DNA from: Candidatus Woesearchaeota archaeon
Lineage (GTDB): Archaea; Nanobdellota; Nanobdellia; SCGC-AAA011-G17; JACPIM01
Assembly (NCBI GenBank): GCA_964513145.1
Contig: CAZELK010000003.1
Span: 48,870 to 112,869 of the forward strand
Length of the DNA: 64,000 nt
Direction: 5' to 3'
Positions 10,378 through 20,297 of the stretch are shown here, in pieces; the stretch's first letter is position 1; every line of letters begins with the position of its first letter. The translations under genes and the position numbers were made by a program. Below the pieces are notes generated by a model. The model had not been told where the DNA came from and did not search any database. It saw only the letters and a program-made list of their open reading frames with translations.

Positions 10378-11577
10378 TCAAAACTCAATTAATTTTCTTT
10401 GGCTTTTTTTATTTTTTAATAAAATACTTTTATTTGTTATTTTATTTATACTAAATTTTAATCTTTCCTGCATATTATTTAATGCTTCTTTTAAATTATT
10501 AAATTTTAAGGGTGGTTTTTTGAATGAGTTTCTAGTTACTTCTCTTAAAATGCCGACGCCTAACTGAGCCCAATAATCACCTATTTCTCTTATTATTAAA
10601 ATCCCAGCCTGCCTTTTTATTTGATTTAAATATTCGCAAGCAGCTAATCTATTTGCATAATATGCTCCTGTAACATCAAAGGCATATTTCTTTTTGCCTT
10701 CGTAACCTTCATAATCCTGCCAAAAATAATTATCATCTAAACCAGGCAGCTTTATTTCTATTACTTCAAAAGACCATTCATTTGGGAATAAAATAATTTC
10801 ATAATGATTTTCTAGATAAGTATCATGAAAAACTAGAATCTCACTTAACCATTGATAATCTTTGATTTTTTCTGTTAAATCTTTTGATATTAAAGTATCA
10901 ACTGCTGTGATGCTCCATTTTGTCGGAACTAATTTTCTTTGCTCCACGATTCCAAGCAAGCCAGATGATAATATTTTTACTAAGTAACTTATATTGAAAC
11001 CTTTTTTGTAAAGCTCTAAAATACTTTCTTTTGATTTTACGTCTTTACTGAAAACAGCTTTTTCGACTGGCTTTTCTATTTTAATATTTTCAGTTATTAC
11101 TGCTTTTCTTAATGGTGCGGGATTAGACATTGGGACTGATTTAGAATCAAAAATAATGTTGAAATCTGGTTTTCTGTCCAAATAAAACTCAACATCAACT
11201 GATTTTTTACTCATTGAAACTTCCTGCATAACTTCCAATAATTTATTTTTACTTTTAATATTGCTTTTAAAGCGAGAATATATCATTGAACTTCTTCTAG
11301 ACAGAATATCCTGGATTTCTAATTTTTCCCTAAACCAGTCTTCAGGGTTGCTTAAATTACCTGAATCTTCTTTATATTCTATTGGGGAAATTATTCCAGT
11401 AAATATATTTGGATAATTATATTCGCCTACAAAAATATCTGGCGGTGTGTTTCCTAAAAATTCCAGATTAAATGTTTTTGGAGAGAACTTTTTAGTTATT
11501 TCTTTAAATGGACAAAAACCATCTTTTAAATAAGGATGCTTTCCATTACAAGACTGACATAAATAACCCATTTTCAT
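10378..11577 (-). CDS. NreA-like archaeal DNA-repair protein (Nre family), tentative
   Basis: N-terminal Zn-finger-like CQSCNGKHPYLKDGFCPF as in the Nre N-domain. About 400 aa. C-terminal QRKLIEF resembles a degenerate PIP box. Assigned from memory of the family, not by search. Confidence 0.4.
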   Translation of the reverse strand: MKMGYLCQSCNGKHPYLKDGFCPFKEITKKFSPKTFNLEFLGNTPPDIFVGEYNYPNIFTGIISPIEYKEDSGNLSNPEDWFREKLEIQDILSRRSSMIYSRFKSNIKSKNKLLEVMQEVSMSKKSVDVEFYLDRKPDFNIIFDSKSVPMSNPAPLRKAVITENIKIEKPVEKAVFSKDVKSKESILELYKKGFNISYLVKILSSGLLGIVEQRKLVPTKWSITAVDTLISKDLTEKIKDYQWLSEILVFHDTYLENHYEIILFPNEWSFEVIEIKLPGLDDNYFWQDYEGYEGKKKYAFDVTGAYYANRLAACEYLNQIKRQAGILIIREIGDYWAQLGVGILREVTRNSFKKPPLKFNNLKEALNNMQERLKFSINKITNKSILLKNKKSQRKLIEF

Positions 11578-11644
11578 GTATTAGTTAAATAAATATATAA
11601 TAATTTTGCAATAAGCTTATAATTTAGTTTAATTTCATTCTTTT

Positions 11645-11866
11645 ATGTTAGACAGATTAAAAGAAACTTGTAATTCTTTGAAAACAGCTTATGATTTGGG
11701 TTGTGAAAGACAGAAATCTCTTTTAGAAATCACTATTATAAATGGAGATAATAAACTTTCTTCTGAAGAAGCTTGCCGTAGAATTAAAGAATTAGACCTT
11801 ATTTATATTAACCTTAATATTTTAGAAAAAATAGCTTTTGATTTTGGGTGCATGGAAGAATATTAA
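11645..11866 (+). CDS. hypothetical protein
   Basis: 73 aa ORF. Confidence 0.3.
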   Translation: MLDRLKETCNSLKTAYDLGCERQKSLLEITIINGDNKLSSEEACRRIKELDLIYINLNILEKIAFDFGCMEEY

Positions 11867-12020
11867 TTATTATTTTTTATCTGTAATATATTTCTTTTTT
11901 AGCAAGAGCATTTTGTCTTAAAAAAGGCTGAGCAGTTCATTGTAATTGAAATAAATTTAACTTATGAAAATTAAGATTTTTGGAGAGAGAAACTTTTGAA
12001 TTTTGATGAGGATATGAGTT

Positions 12021-12284
12021 TTAAATAGCGCCAGCCATAATTCTATAATTGTGTTTTTTTATTAAGTCTTCCAAGGCTATTCTTTTCTCTTCGCCTAATT
12101 CTCTTTTGGCTTCTTCATCAAAATTTATAGTAATAATTTTATCCTGACCATTTGTTTCCATAACTTTTAGAAATTTTCCAATTAAGCCATCGTAATCAGT
12201 TTTACATGATTTTACTTTAGCTGTACCAGAATTATAAACATTATACCTTCCATGCTCGTATTTTATTTTGAAGTCAAAATCCAT
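12021..12284 (-). CDS. hypothetical small protein, downstream partner of the HerA-like ATPase
   Basis: 87 aa; 33 nt after the ATPase stop on the same strand. Confidence 0.4.
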   Translation of the reverse strand: MDFDFKIKYEHGRYNVYNSGTAKVKSCKTDYDGLIGKFLKVMETNGQDKIITINFDEEAKRELGEEKRIALEDLIKKHNYRIMAGAI

Positions 12285-12317
12285 CTTAAATTTTCCATAG
12301 TTTTTATTTATAAATCT

Positions 12318-13634
12318 TTACTTTATAATTAGTTTTTTTTGTTCCTTAACTGCTGAGGGTGCTTCACCACCATGCCAACTTTTTTTTGGGTGAACTTGTA
12401 TCTGATAAATTCTTTCTGAATTATCATCAAGCAATATCCCAGCACCCCTATATTTTGGAAGATTATTTATTTGAGTAGCAAGATCAGATATTAAATAAGA
12501 CTGCATGATTGTGTTTAGAGCTTCAATATCTTTTTTTGCAGTTAGTCTATGGGCTAAAACTATATCTGCCTGAGTTAGCGCGTCTTTTATTATTTCACCA
12601 GGCTGCTGTGTAATTAATATTAATGAAATACCTGGCTGACGGCCTTCTCTTATGACTCTTGTCAATGTTTCTGTTGCCGGAGTCTTTTCATCTTTTGACA
12701 GAAATTCTTGAATTTCATCGATTACAATCCAGACTAAAGGTTCTTCTTGTTTTCTTTCTTCTTCAAAATATTCACTTTGGAATTCAATGTTTTCTATTTC
12801 TTCAAATTTTCTTGAAATAATTCTTTCCTCCAAAATTTTTCTGGAAATTAATGATATTACCAATGCCTTAATCCTTGTATTTCCAGTTATGTTAGTATAT
12901 GAACTTATATCAATAACTGAAACTTTTCCAGGTCCAATAATCTCTTTTATTTTAGTTCCTCTTTCACTAAACAAGCCCCATTTATCAGATGTTAGAAACC
13001 TGTTTTCCAGAGCGATTTTTACTTCAGAATTGATTTTTTTAGATTCTTTTATTTCTTTAACAATATCCTTAATCGAGAAATCATCTTGTTTTTCCTTTAA
13101 ATCTAAAATTGTTGTTTCCAATGCGACACCCATTGACTCTGTTATTTTAATTTCAAAAACTTCGCACCAATCATTTGCATTTAATTCTGAAGTTCTTATT
13201 GAAAAACTAAAATCTGCAGGAATCTTATTTTCTTTATATTTATTATAAAAACCTTCTGGAACATACAAGTCAATTGGAATTGATTCTGCCCTTAAATTCC
13301 ATTCTTCTAATAATGACTCCTGTATTTTATTTGGAAACTTCATTGTCCAGAAAATCCCCATTGTATCAAAAAATAAAACAGAAATATTTTTTTTAACATC
13401 TTCCTGTAATGTAGAAATTTCTTCTGCGATAATAGACGAACTGTAGGATTTCCCAGATCCTTTTTTGCCGACTATTAGGATTGTATGGGTTTTGGCAACA
13501 TCTAAATAAATATTATTTGACAAGGAAATATTTTGACCTATCTGGACATATTGTTTTCCTAGAAAAATAAGTCCTTTATTACCAAACTTTTTTTTGTCTT
13601 CTTCATTTCTTCCAATTATTATGTCAAAAACCAT
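12318..13634 (-). CDS. HerA/FtsK-superfamily P-loop ATPase (DUF87-like)
   Basis: Walker A LIVGKKGSGKSY; Walker B VWIVIDEIQEF. Size and layout typical of archaeal DUF87/HerA-like ATPases. Confidence 0.6.
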   Translation of the reverse strand: MVFDIIIGRNEEDKKKFGNKGLIFLGKQYVQIGQNISLSNNIYLDVAKTHTILIVGKKGSGKSYSSSIIAEEISTLQEDVKKNISVLFFDTMGIFWTMKFPNKIQESLLEEWNLRAESIPIDLYVPEGFYNKYKENKIPADFSFSIRTSELNANDWCEVFEIKITESMGVALETTILDLKEKQDDFSIKDIVKEIKESKKINSEVKIALENRFLTSDKWGLFSERGTKIKEIIGPGKVSVIDISSYTNITGNTRIKALVISLISRKILEERIISRKFEEIENIEFQSEYFEEERKQEEPLVWIVIDEIQEFLSKDEKTPATETLTRVIREGRQPGISLILITQQPGEIIKDALTQADIVLAHRLTAKKDIEALNTIMQSYLISDLATQINNLPKYRGAGILLDDNSERIYQIQVHPKKSWHGGEAPSAVKEQKKLIIK

Positions 13635-13691
13635 CTTTTTTAATTTGTTTTTATTAGACAGACTTAAATATTAATTTATCGATTTAAATTT

Positions 13692-14336
13692 ATGAAAAAA
13701 ATTGGAATAATCGGTTCTGGAAATGTTGGTCAGACTCTCGGACTTGGATTTTTAAAATTGGGCTATGAAGTTAAAATAGGAACTAGAGAAAAAAATAAGT
13801 TAGACGAGTGGTTAAGCAAAGCTGGAAAGAATGCTTCTGTTGGTGATTTGACAGAAACCGCAAAATTTGCCGAAATCATAATTTTATGCACAAAATGGGA
13901 AGGAACAGAAAATGCGATTAATCTTGCAGGAAAAAATAATTTTAAAGGAAAAATTGTCATTGATGTTACAAACCCATTATTATTTGAAAAAGAAAATGAA
14001 GCTCCAAATTTAGCTTTGGGATACCCGAATTCAGCTGGTTTAACTATACAAAAATGGCTTCCAGATTCACATGTTGTCAAGGCTTTTAATATTATCACTG
14101 CGAATTACATGACAAACCCAGATTTAAAGGACGGAAAGCCTGACATGTTTATAGCTGGAAATGATAAGAATTCAAAAAAAATAATTACTGAAATTTTATT
14201 GAAATTTGGATGGAATGTTTTTGATATTGGAGACATAAGCCAGGCTTATTTATTGGAATCCTTAGCAATGCTTTGGATAAGATTTGGGTTTTTAAATAAC
14301 CACTGGACACATGCTTTTAAGCTTTTACAAAAATAA
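13692..14336 (+). CDS. NADP-dependent oxidoreductase, F420-dependent NADP reductase (Npd)-like Rossmann protein
   Basis: N-terminal MKKIGIIGSGNVGQTLG dinucleotide-binding motif; about 214 aa, typical of the Npd/ProC-like family. Confidence 0.55.
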   Translation: MKKIGIIGSGNVGQTLGLGFLKLGYEVKIGTREKNKLDEWLSKAGKNASVGDLTETAKFAEIIILCTKWEGTENAINLAGKNNFKGKIVIDVTNPLLFEKENEAPNLALGYPNSAGLTIQKWLPDSHVVKAFNIITANYMTNPDLKDGKPDMFIAGNDKNSKKIITEILLKFGWNVFDIGDISQAYLLESLAMLWIRFGFLNNHWTHAFKLLQK

Positions 14337-14368
14337 TAGCAAACTATTTAAACAATTAATTTTAAAAT

Positions 14369-14920
14369 TTGTTCATGGCATTAACAATTTTACTTGTAAT
14401 TTTAGCAGGAATAGTTCTTTTATTTATTTTAATTTATAATAGGCTTGTCAGCTTAAAAAACCAGACAGAAAATGCTTGGTCGCAAATAGATGTACAATTA
14501 AAGAGAAGATACGATTTAATTCCTAATTTAGTTGATACTGTCAAAGGATATATGAAGCATGAAAAAGAAATTTTGACAATGGTTACTGAATTAAGATCTA
14601 GATTAATATCTGGAAATGTAGAAGAAAAAGCCAAGGCAAACAACCAGTTTAGTAATGCTTTAAAAAGTATTTTTGCTGTTGCTGAAAGCTATCCAAAACT
14701 GAAAGCAAGCAAGAATTTTTTAAATTTACAAGATGAATTAAGCGCAACCGAAAATAAAATATCTTATGCAAGGCAATTTTATAATGACAGTGTTTATGGA
14801 TTAAATACAGCCATAGAATCTTTTCCTACAAATATTGTATCTATAATATTTAATTTTTCCAAGAAAGATTATTTTGCTGTAGAGGAAGAAGCTAAAAAAC
14901 CTGTTAAAGTAAATTTTTAA
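14369..14920 (+). CDS. LemA family membrane protein
   Basis: N-terminal TM then ENAWSQIDVQLKRRYDLIPNLV, a LemA hallmark. Confidence 0.85.
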   Translation: MFMALTILLVILAGIVLLFILIYNRLVSLKNQTENAWSQIDVQLKRRYDLIPNLVDTVKGYMKHEKEILTMVTELRSRLISGNVEEKAKANNQFSNALKSIFAVAESYPKLKASKNFLNLQDELSATENKISYARQFYNDSVYGLNTAIESFPTNIVSIIFNFSKKDYFAVEEEAKKPVKVNF

Positions 14921-15106
14921 AAAACATAATATTTAAATATATAAATAAACTGATAATTTTATGCAGCATAATAACAAAATAATTAGTATTAATAGTTTTT
15001 GTTATTTAGTCTGCTAATAAACACTTACACGCGTTTTCTTCTGATTCTTGCTGTAGGTGTTTTACATAAAGTTTCTGAAGAAAATGTGCTGTAATTAGGA
15101 GGAAAA

Positions 15107-15412
15107 ATGGTAGAAGCACAAACTTTGGAAATAAAAACTCTGGATGAATATAAGTTAGGCAGTTTTGTTAAAAGAGTTACTGGACGCAGTATTTTTCCTT
15201 ATTTTAATCAAATTGCTGAAATAGCTGAATTTGATCAAGGTTTACTAGAAGCTCTTATTGGGGCTGTTTCTATTGTAAATCGCGCTGGAAAACTTGGAAA
15301 AGAAGTAAACTATGAGACTTTTGATTATTTATCAGACTCATTGCCTAATGAGAAATTAAATTCTTTTTTAAAAGCAATTTATAATAAAGCAAACGGAGAA
15401 AAATCTTCATAA
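15107..15412 (+). CDS. hypothetical protein
   Basis: 101 aa ORF with SD-like AGGAGG 8 nt upstream. Confidence 0.4.
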   Translation: MVEAQTLEIKTLDEYKLGSFVKRVTGRSIFPYFNQIAEIAEFDQGLLEALIGAVSIVNRAGKLGKEVNYETFDYLSDSLPNEKLNSFLKAIYNKANGEKSS

Positions 15413-15473
15413 TTATTTATTTTATTTTTTCAATTAAATTTATAAATTTTGTTAATATTAATAGAATTTTAAA

Positions 15474-16361
15474 ATGGTATATAATCAAATAGCTGTAAAC
15501 AAGAGAAACTCGATTTTATTATTTATAGGATTCTTTATTTTATTGGCTGTTCTTGGTTATGTGCTTGGTTATATTTTTCAAATTGGCGTTTATACTGGTG
15601 TAGTTTTAGGTTTAATTTTCTCTATAATCAGTGCCTTATTTAGCTATTATCTTGGGGACAAAATGGTGCTGAATATTTCTGGTGCAAGGGAAATAAAGAA
15701 AAGTGACAGTCCACTTTTATTTAATATTGTAGAAAGTTTGAGTTTAGGTAGCGGTCTGCCAATGCCAAGATTACATATAATAAACGATAATTCAATAAAT
15801 GCTTTTGCAACTGGGAGGGATCCAAAGCATGCAAATGTAGCTGTAACGACTGGCAGTTTGAGCAAATTAAACAAAGAAGAACTAGAAGGTGTTTTAGCAC
15901 ATGAAATCAGCCACATAAAAAATTTTGATATAAGATTTATGGTTTTAGTTTCTGTAATGGTGGGAACTATTGTAATGCTAAGCGACTTTTTCTTGAGAAG
16001 TTTTTTATTTTCAGGATCATCTGATAGAGAAAATAGAAATATAAATATAATCTTGCTTGCAGTTGGTTTTGTTTTGGCTATTTTGTCACCTTTAATTGCT
16101 GAAATAATCAAATTAGCTATTTCAAGAAAAAGAGAGTATTTGGCAGATGTTTCAGGCTCTTTACTAACAAAAAATCCCAAAGGGCTAGCAAATGCCTTAA
16201 GAAAAATTGCAGGAGATAATAATGTTTTACGAACTGCCAATCATGCAACAGCACATTTGTTTATTTCTAACCCATTTAAGAATAAAAGAAGCTGGCTTAA
16301 TAATTTATTTAGTACGCATCCACCAGTTGAGGAACGTATTAAAAAACTTGAAGAACTTTAG
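15474..16361 (+). CDS. htpX: M48 family zinc metalloprotease HtpX
   Basis: HEISHIKNFD (HExxH) with four TM segments; the LemA plus HtpX neighbourhood is common. Confidence 0.85.
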   Translation: MVYNQIAVNKRNSILLFIGFFILLAVLGYVLGYIFQIGVYTGVVLGLIFSIISALFSYYLGDKMVLNISGAREIKKSDSPLLFNIVESLSLGSGLPMPRLHIINDNSINAFATGRDPKHANVAVTTGSLSKLNKEELEGVLAHEISHIKNFDIRFMVLVSVMVGTIVMLSDFFLRSFLFSGSSDRENRNINIILLAVGFVLAILSPLIAEIIKLAISRKREYLADVSGSLLTKNPKGLANALRKIAGDNNVLRTANHATAHLFISNPFKNKRSWLNNLFSTHPPVEERIKKLEEL

Positions 16362-16693
16362 TTACTTACATAAGTGTTATTTAAAAATTCTGTAAATTCT
16401 TCTCTTTCTGTTTCGGGGATATTTAGATATTCAAATGCTGCCTGCAGGGCTTTTTTTGAATGTTCTTTTACATGGGCTTCATTTCTGCAGTTGAAATAAG
16501 TTATACATCCATCTTTGTACATTGTATTTGCTATATCTATATCTTTTTTATTTGAATTTGATAAAGCTGGCCTGATAACACTATATAAAAACAAACCAGC
16601 TCTGAGACTTTCATCATCTGATGGGCAATAATTTCTCTGAGCGAAAATACAACCAGATATTGATAATAAGATAGTTACTAATGTTTTTTTCAT
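16358..16693 (-). CDS. small secreted Cys-containing protein
   Basis: Signal peptide MKKTLVTILLSISGCIFA; several Cys. Confidence 0.4.
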   Translation of the reverse strand: MKKTLVTILLSISGCIFAQRNYCPSDDESLRAGLFLYSVIRPALSNSNKKDIDIANTMYKDGCITYFNCRNEAHVKEHSKKALQAAFEYLNIPETEREEFTEFLNNTYVSN

Positions 16694-16741
16694 TTATTAC
16701 CTTTATAAAATCAAATATAATATATTTAAGAATATTTGCTT

Positions 16742-17938
16742 TTACAATCTTTTTATATATTCTATTTCTTCTTCTGTTAACCTTAACTCTTTTGGATTAA
16801 TATTTTTTTTAATTAAAGTTTTTAGTATATTGAAATTATTTTGCAGTGTTTTTTTTATTGAACAATGCGTGTATTCTGCAAGTTTTTCTGCGATTGCTAT
16901 TTTTTTTGCATTTTTTTGATTTTGTATATAAATTTTAAGCAATCTTGTGGTTCTTTTATATGGAGTAAATCCAAGATAACTTTCTTTTTTTGAAAAAGCT
17001 ATTCCAGCAGTCATTAAGGCATTTCTGTATACTAGCAACCTGTAATATTGTTCTCTGAAAATTCTTTTTTTGTAAATATCTGCCCTGGACAATGCTTCAT
17101 ATCCCCTTTTTATATCCAAAGGCTTTTTATATTCTACAGGCAAGTTTTCATCCAACCACAAGAAACATTCGTCCAAGTCAACACTTGTATTTTCGAAACT
17201 TTCCAATATTAAATTTACATCCTTGCTTTTGAAAACAGTTCTTAAGGCATTGAAGATTGTTTCTTCTTTTTCTCTTTCTTCTATTATGTCTACTCCTGTT
17301 AATTCTTTTCTGCCCTGGGTTAATGTTTGCAAGTCATTTACTCCAGCCCTTAAGTCACCATTAGATTTTCTTGCCAGCTTTCTTAACGTACTTTCATCAT
17401 AGAGGACATTTTCTTTTTCCAATATATTTTTTAATGTTACATAAGTATCTTCCAAAGAAATTGGTTTGAACTCTACTAAACAGCATTTTTTCCTTAGTTC
17501 TGCTAATTTTTTTGAATATGGGTCATTGGCAGTTAATATTATTGAGTGTTTAGTTTCTTTTATTATCTGATTTAAAGCAGCTATCCCGCCACGATCTTCA
17601 TTTCCAGCTATTCCATCCACTTCATCAATTAATATTATCTTCCCTGAATTAAACAGACTCAATTGTTTTGAAGAAGATCCTATAATTTCAATTATTTTAT
17701 CCTTGTTTCTTTGATCAGAAGCATTTATTTCCAATATTTCATAATTTAGTTCATTTGCCAAGACATGAACTGAAGAAGTTTTTCCTGTTCCAGCCGGACC
17801 ATAAAGAATAGTTGGTTTTTTTTCAAGTATAAATTTTTTTAGGTTTATTACAGACTCTTTATTTGAAACTATATTATTAAGATTTTTTGGTCTATATTTT
17901 TCTGTCCAGTTTAAATTTATTTTATTTAGAAGAACCAT
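16742..17938 (-). CDS. rfcL: replication factor C large subunit
   Basis: WTEKYRPKNL, LYGPAGTGKTS, DEVDG and SRC-like motifs of archaeal RFC large subunit. Confidence 0.8.
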   Translation of the reverse strand: MVLLNKINLNWTEKYRPKNLNNIVSNKESVINLKKFILEKKPTILYGPAGTGKTSSVHVLANELNYEILEINASDQRNKDKIIEIIGSSSKQLSLFNSGKIILIDEVDGIAGNEDRGGIAALNQIIKETKHSIILTANDPYSKKLAELRKKCCLVEFKPISLEDTYVTLKNILEKENVLYDESTLRKLARKSNGDLRAGVNDLQTLTQGRKELTGVDIIEEREKEETIFNALRTVFKSKDVNLILESFENTSVDLDECFLWLDENLPVEYKKPLDIKRGYEALSRADIYKKRIFREQYYRLLVYRNALMTAGIAFSKKESYLGFTPYKRTTRLLKIYIQNQKNAKKIAIAEKLAEYTHCSIKKTLQNNFNILKTLIKKNINPKELRLTEEEIEYIKRL

Positions 17939-17992
17939 AACCCTTTTTGCGAAAAGTCTTAACCGAAAAAATGATTAGCTTTTATCATCTCC

Positions 17993-18958
17993 TTAATTAT
18001 TTTTATTTATCAATATTAAATTAGCTAAAAAACTTTCTATCTGAACAAACTCATCTGAACCTTCAACTATTCTGAACTCTATTTCCCCGCATTTATCAAT
18101 CAAATAAACTTTTTTTTGTTCTTCAATCTCCAAAGACCAAATTTCTTTTTGAATCTGCTTAATTGTGTCTATTCCTGACAACCCATATTTTAACATTGTA
18201 TCTAATAATTTTTCTCTGGATTTCAAGAAGTCACCTTTCAACGCTATATCCATAATTTCTTTTATTTCTTTAGGTCTTGCTGCAGAAACTAAACTAAAAA
18301 CTAATTCTTCGTTGATATTATTGTCAATTGCAGCACAAGTCTGAAGCATGTTTTCTAATTTTCTACAGTCGCCTTCTGAAACTTTAAACAAGGCTTTAAT
18401 TGCTTCTTCTGAAATTTTTAGATTTTCTTTTTGCGCAATATTTTCTATAATTTTTCTAATATCTTTTTCTTCCAAAGGCTTAAATCTAAAAACAGTACAT
18501 CTACTTAACAAAGGATCGATAATTTTACTTGAGTAGTTGCAAGAAATTAAAAACCTTGTAGTTTGTGCAAAAGTTTCCATAGTTCTTCTTAATGCTTGCT
18601 GAGCATCTTTTGTAAGATTATCCGCCTCATCCAAGAAAATTATTTTCCAAGTAAAGTCCCCAATTGGTTTTACTCTTGCAAAATCTTTTATTATTCCTCT
18701 TATTGTGTCAATCCCACGATCATCACTAGCATTGAGTTCAAGGAAATTTTGCTGCCATGTATCGCCGAACAGTTCTTTTGCTATTACTATAGAAATTGTT
18801 GATTTTCCTATTCCAGGAGGACCTGTAAAAAGAAGATGAGGGATATTTTTTAATTTTACCATTGCTTCAATTCTTTCCACTATTTTTTCCTGGCCAATTA
18901 TTTCGGAAAACTTACTAGGCCTGTATTTCTCTACCCATATACTTTCTTTTATATCCAT
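17993..18958 (-). CDS. rfcS: replication factor C small subunit
   Basis: WVEKYRP, LLFTGPPGIGKST, FLDEADNLT, SRC motif. Confidence 0.9.
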   Translation of the reverse strand: MDIKESIWVEKYRPSKFSEIIGQEKIVERIEAMVKLKNIPHLLFTGPPGIGKSTISIVIAKELFGDTWQQNFLELNASDDRGIDTIRGIIKDFARVKPIGDFTWKIIFLDEADNLTKDAQQALRRTMETFAQTTRFLISCNYSSKIIDPLLSRCTVFRFKPLEEKDIRKIIENIAQKENLKISEEAIKALFKVSEGDCRKLENMLQTCAAIDNNINEELVFSLVSAARPKEIKEIMDIALKGDFLKSREKLLDTMLKYGLSGIDTIKQIQKEIWSLEIEEQKKVYLIDKCGEIEFRIVEGSDEFVQIESFLANLILINKNN

Positions 18959-19157
18959 TTTAAACTTTTAAGGAAAAGTTTAATCAAAAACTTTTTTTGT
19001 TATAACTTTGTTGTAAATTGTCTTTTTAAAATTATTTGCTTTTGAAAATCTATTTGAAAACTAAAACAATTTTAAATATACTCAGTATAAAAAAATCGTT
19101 TTATTATCTATTAAGTTAAACAATAATCATTTAATAAAGCCCCATATTTTTTATGCT

Positions 19158-20297
19158 ATGATCAATATAATTAAGAGGAAGTTATTTGAAAAAGGATTGA
19201 CCAGCACCTCATTTTTCAGGAAAATAGTCCGCAAAGTTGCTTATTATACAGCTAATAATGACCCAGAAAATGTACATGATTTAGCCTTAAAGTCATTAAA
19301 TGATTTTTCTATGGCTATTGATAAAAAAAGCAAGCTTTTTGATTTTCCAGATTTACATCTTAATATTGCTGGCTATGATGCTATGCCATTTGGTACTGCT
19401 GCTGGCTTGGATAAAAATGGAGATGCTTTATATCCCTTATCGAAAATATTCGGCTATTTAAAACCAGGGACAATAATTGTACCTCAAAGAGCTGGGAATA
19501 ACAGGCCGAGAGTTACTGTAGACGAGAAATTGGATGAAATTTATAATGCCCAGGGTTTTCCAAGCAAAGGTTTAGAATATTTTATGAACAATCTTTTTCA
19601 CTATTATGAGAAAAATATCAAAACACCAATTATACCAAGTATTTGCGGAATACCAAATAGTGTGGATAATTTAAGCGGAGCATATAAGGAATTAGAAACT
19701 TTATTAACAATAATCACTCCCTATGCTGATGGCATAGAATGGAACCCTTTTTCTCCAAATACAGCTGCCTTGTCTGCATTAAGAACTCCAAAAGAATTTG
19801 AAAATAGTGCTAAATTAATTAAAGAAATTGCAGGCAAAAAGCTGAAAGTAGTTAAGATGGGTCCTTATGAAAAAGAAAAAAGTTCTGAGTGGCTAAAATT
19901 AGTAGGGGCTTTTTTGAATGGTGGTGGAGACGGGATAACTGCTGTCAATACTTACATTGTTCCAAAAGAAAAAGTTCCTTCTAAAAGTTGGGGATATCAA
20001 TCTGCTGGAAGAAGCGGAACTTTTTTACAAGTTTACAGGCAAAGAGCAATAAAAGACACAAGAAGAAATTTCCCAAATGCTTTTATTTTTGCAACTGGAG
20101 GCATTAATTCTGCTGAACAAGCCTGGGCGGCTTTTGAAGCAGGCGCAAATGCATTGGAAGGTTATACTCCTTATACTTTCAAAGGATTTGGTTTGATATT
20201 AGAAATGGCTGAAGGATTAAGAAGAAAAATTAAAAGAACTGGTTATAAAACCTTGAAAGAGTATTTAAATCATAAAATGCCTTCCCAAGCATCATAG
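19158..20297 (+). CDS. pyrD: dihydroorotate dehydrogenase, family 2-like
   Basis: GTAAGLDKNGDAL (AAGFDKNGE), PQRAGNNRPRV (PQPGNDKPR), ATGGINSAEQA...GANALEGYT. Confidence 0.65.
   Translation: MINIIKRKLFEKGLTSTSFFRKIVRKVAYYTANNDPENVHDLALKSLNDFSMAIDKKSKLFDFPDLHLNIAGYDAMPFGTAAGLDKNGDALYPLSKIFGYLKPGTIIVPQRAGNNRPRVTVDEKLDEIYNAQGFPSKGLEYFMNNLFHYYEKNIKTPIIPSICGIPNSVDNLSGAYKELETLLTIITPYADGIEWNPFSPNTAALSALRTPKEFENSAKLIKEIAGKKLKVVKMGPYEKEKSSEWLKLVGAFLNGGGDGITAVNTYIVPKEKVPSKSWGYQSAGRSGTFLQVYRQRAIKDTRRNFPNAFIFATGGINSAEQAWAAFEAGANALEGYTPYTFKGFGLILEMAEGLRRKIKRTGYKTLKEYLNHKMPSQAS

Noticed and set aside
12787-13248. Antisense ORFs nested inside longer genes (for example 12787-13248, 13763-14098, 15647-16240, 18348-18802, 26206-27904 series, 31306-31509, 33338-33607, 37683-38009, 38935-39201, 40481-40684, 41163-42023, 45119-46900 series, 57423-57889, 58878-59153)
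   Set aside because: Each is fully contained on the opposite strand of a well-supported CDS. Low-complexity or hydrophobic translations are typical of AT-rich antisense frames.
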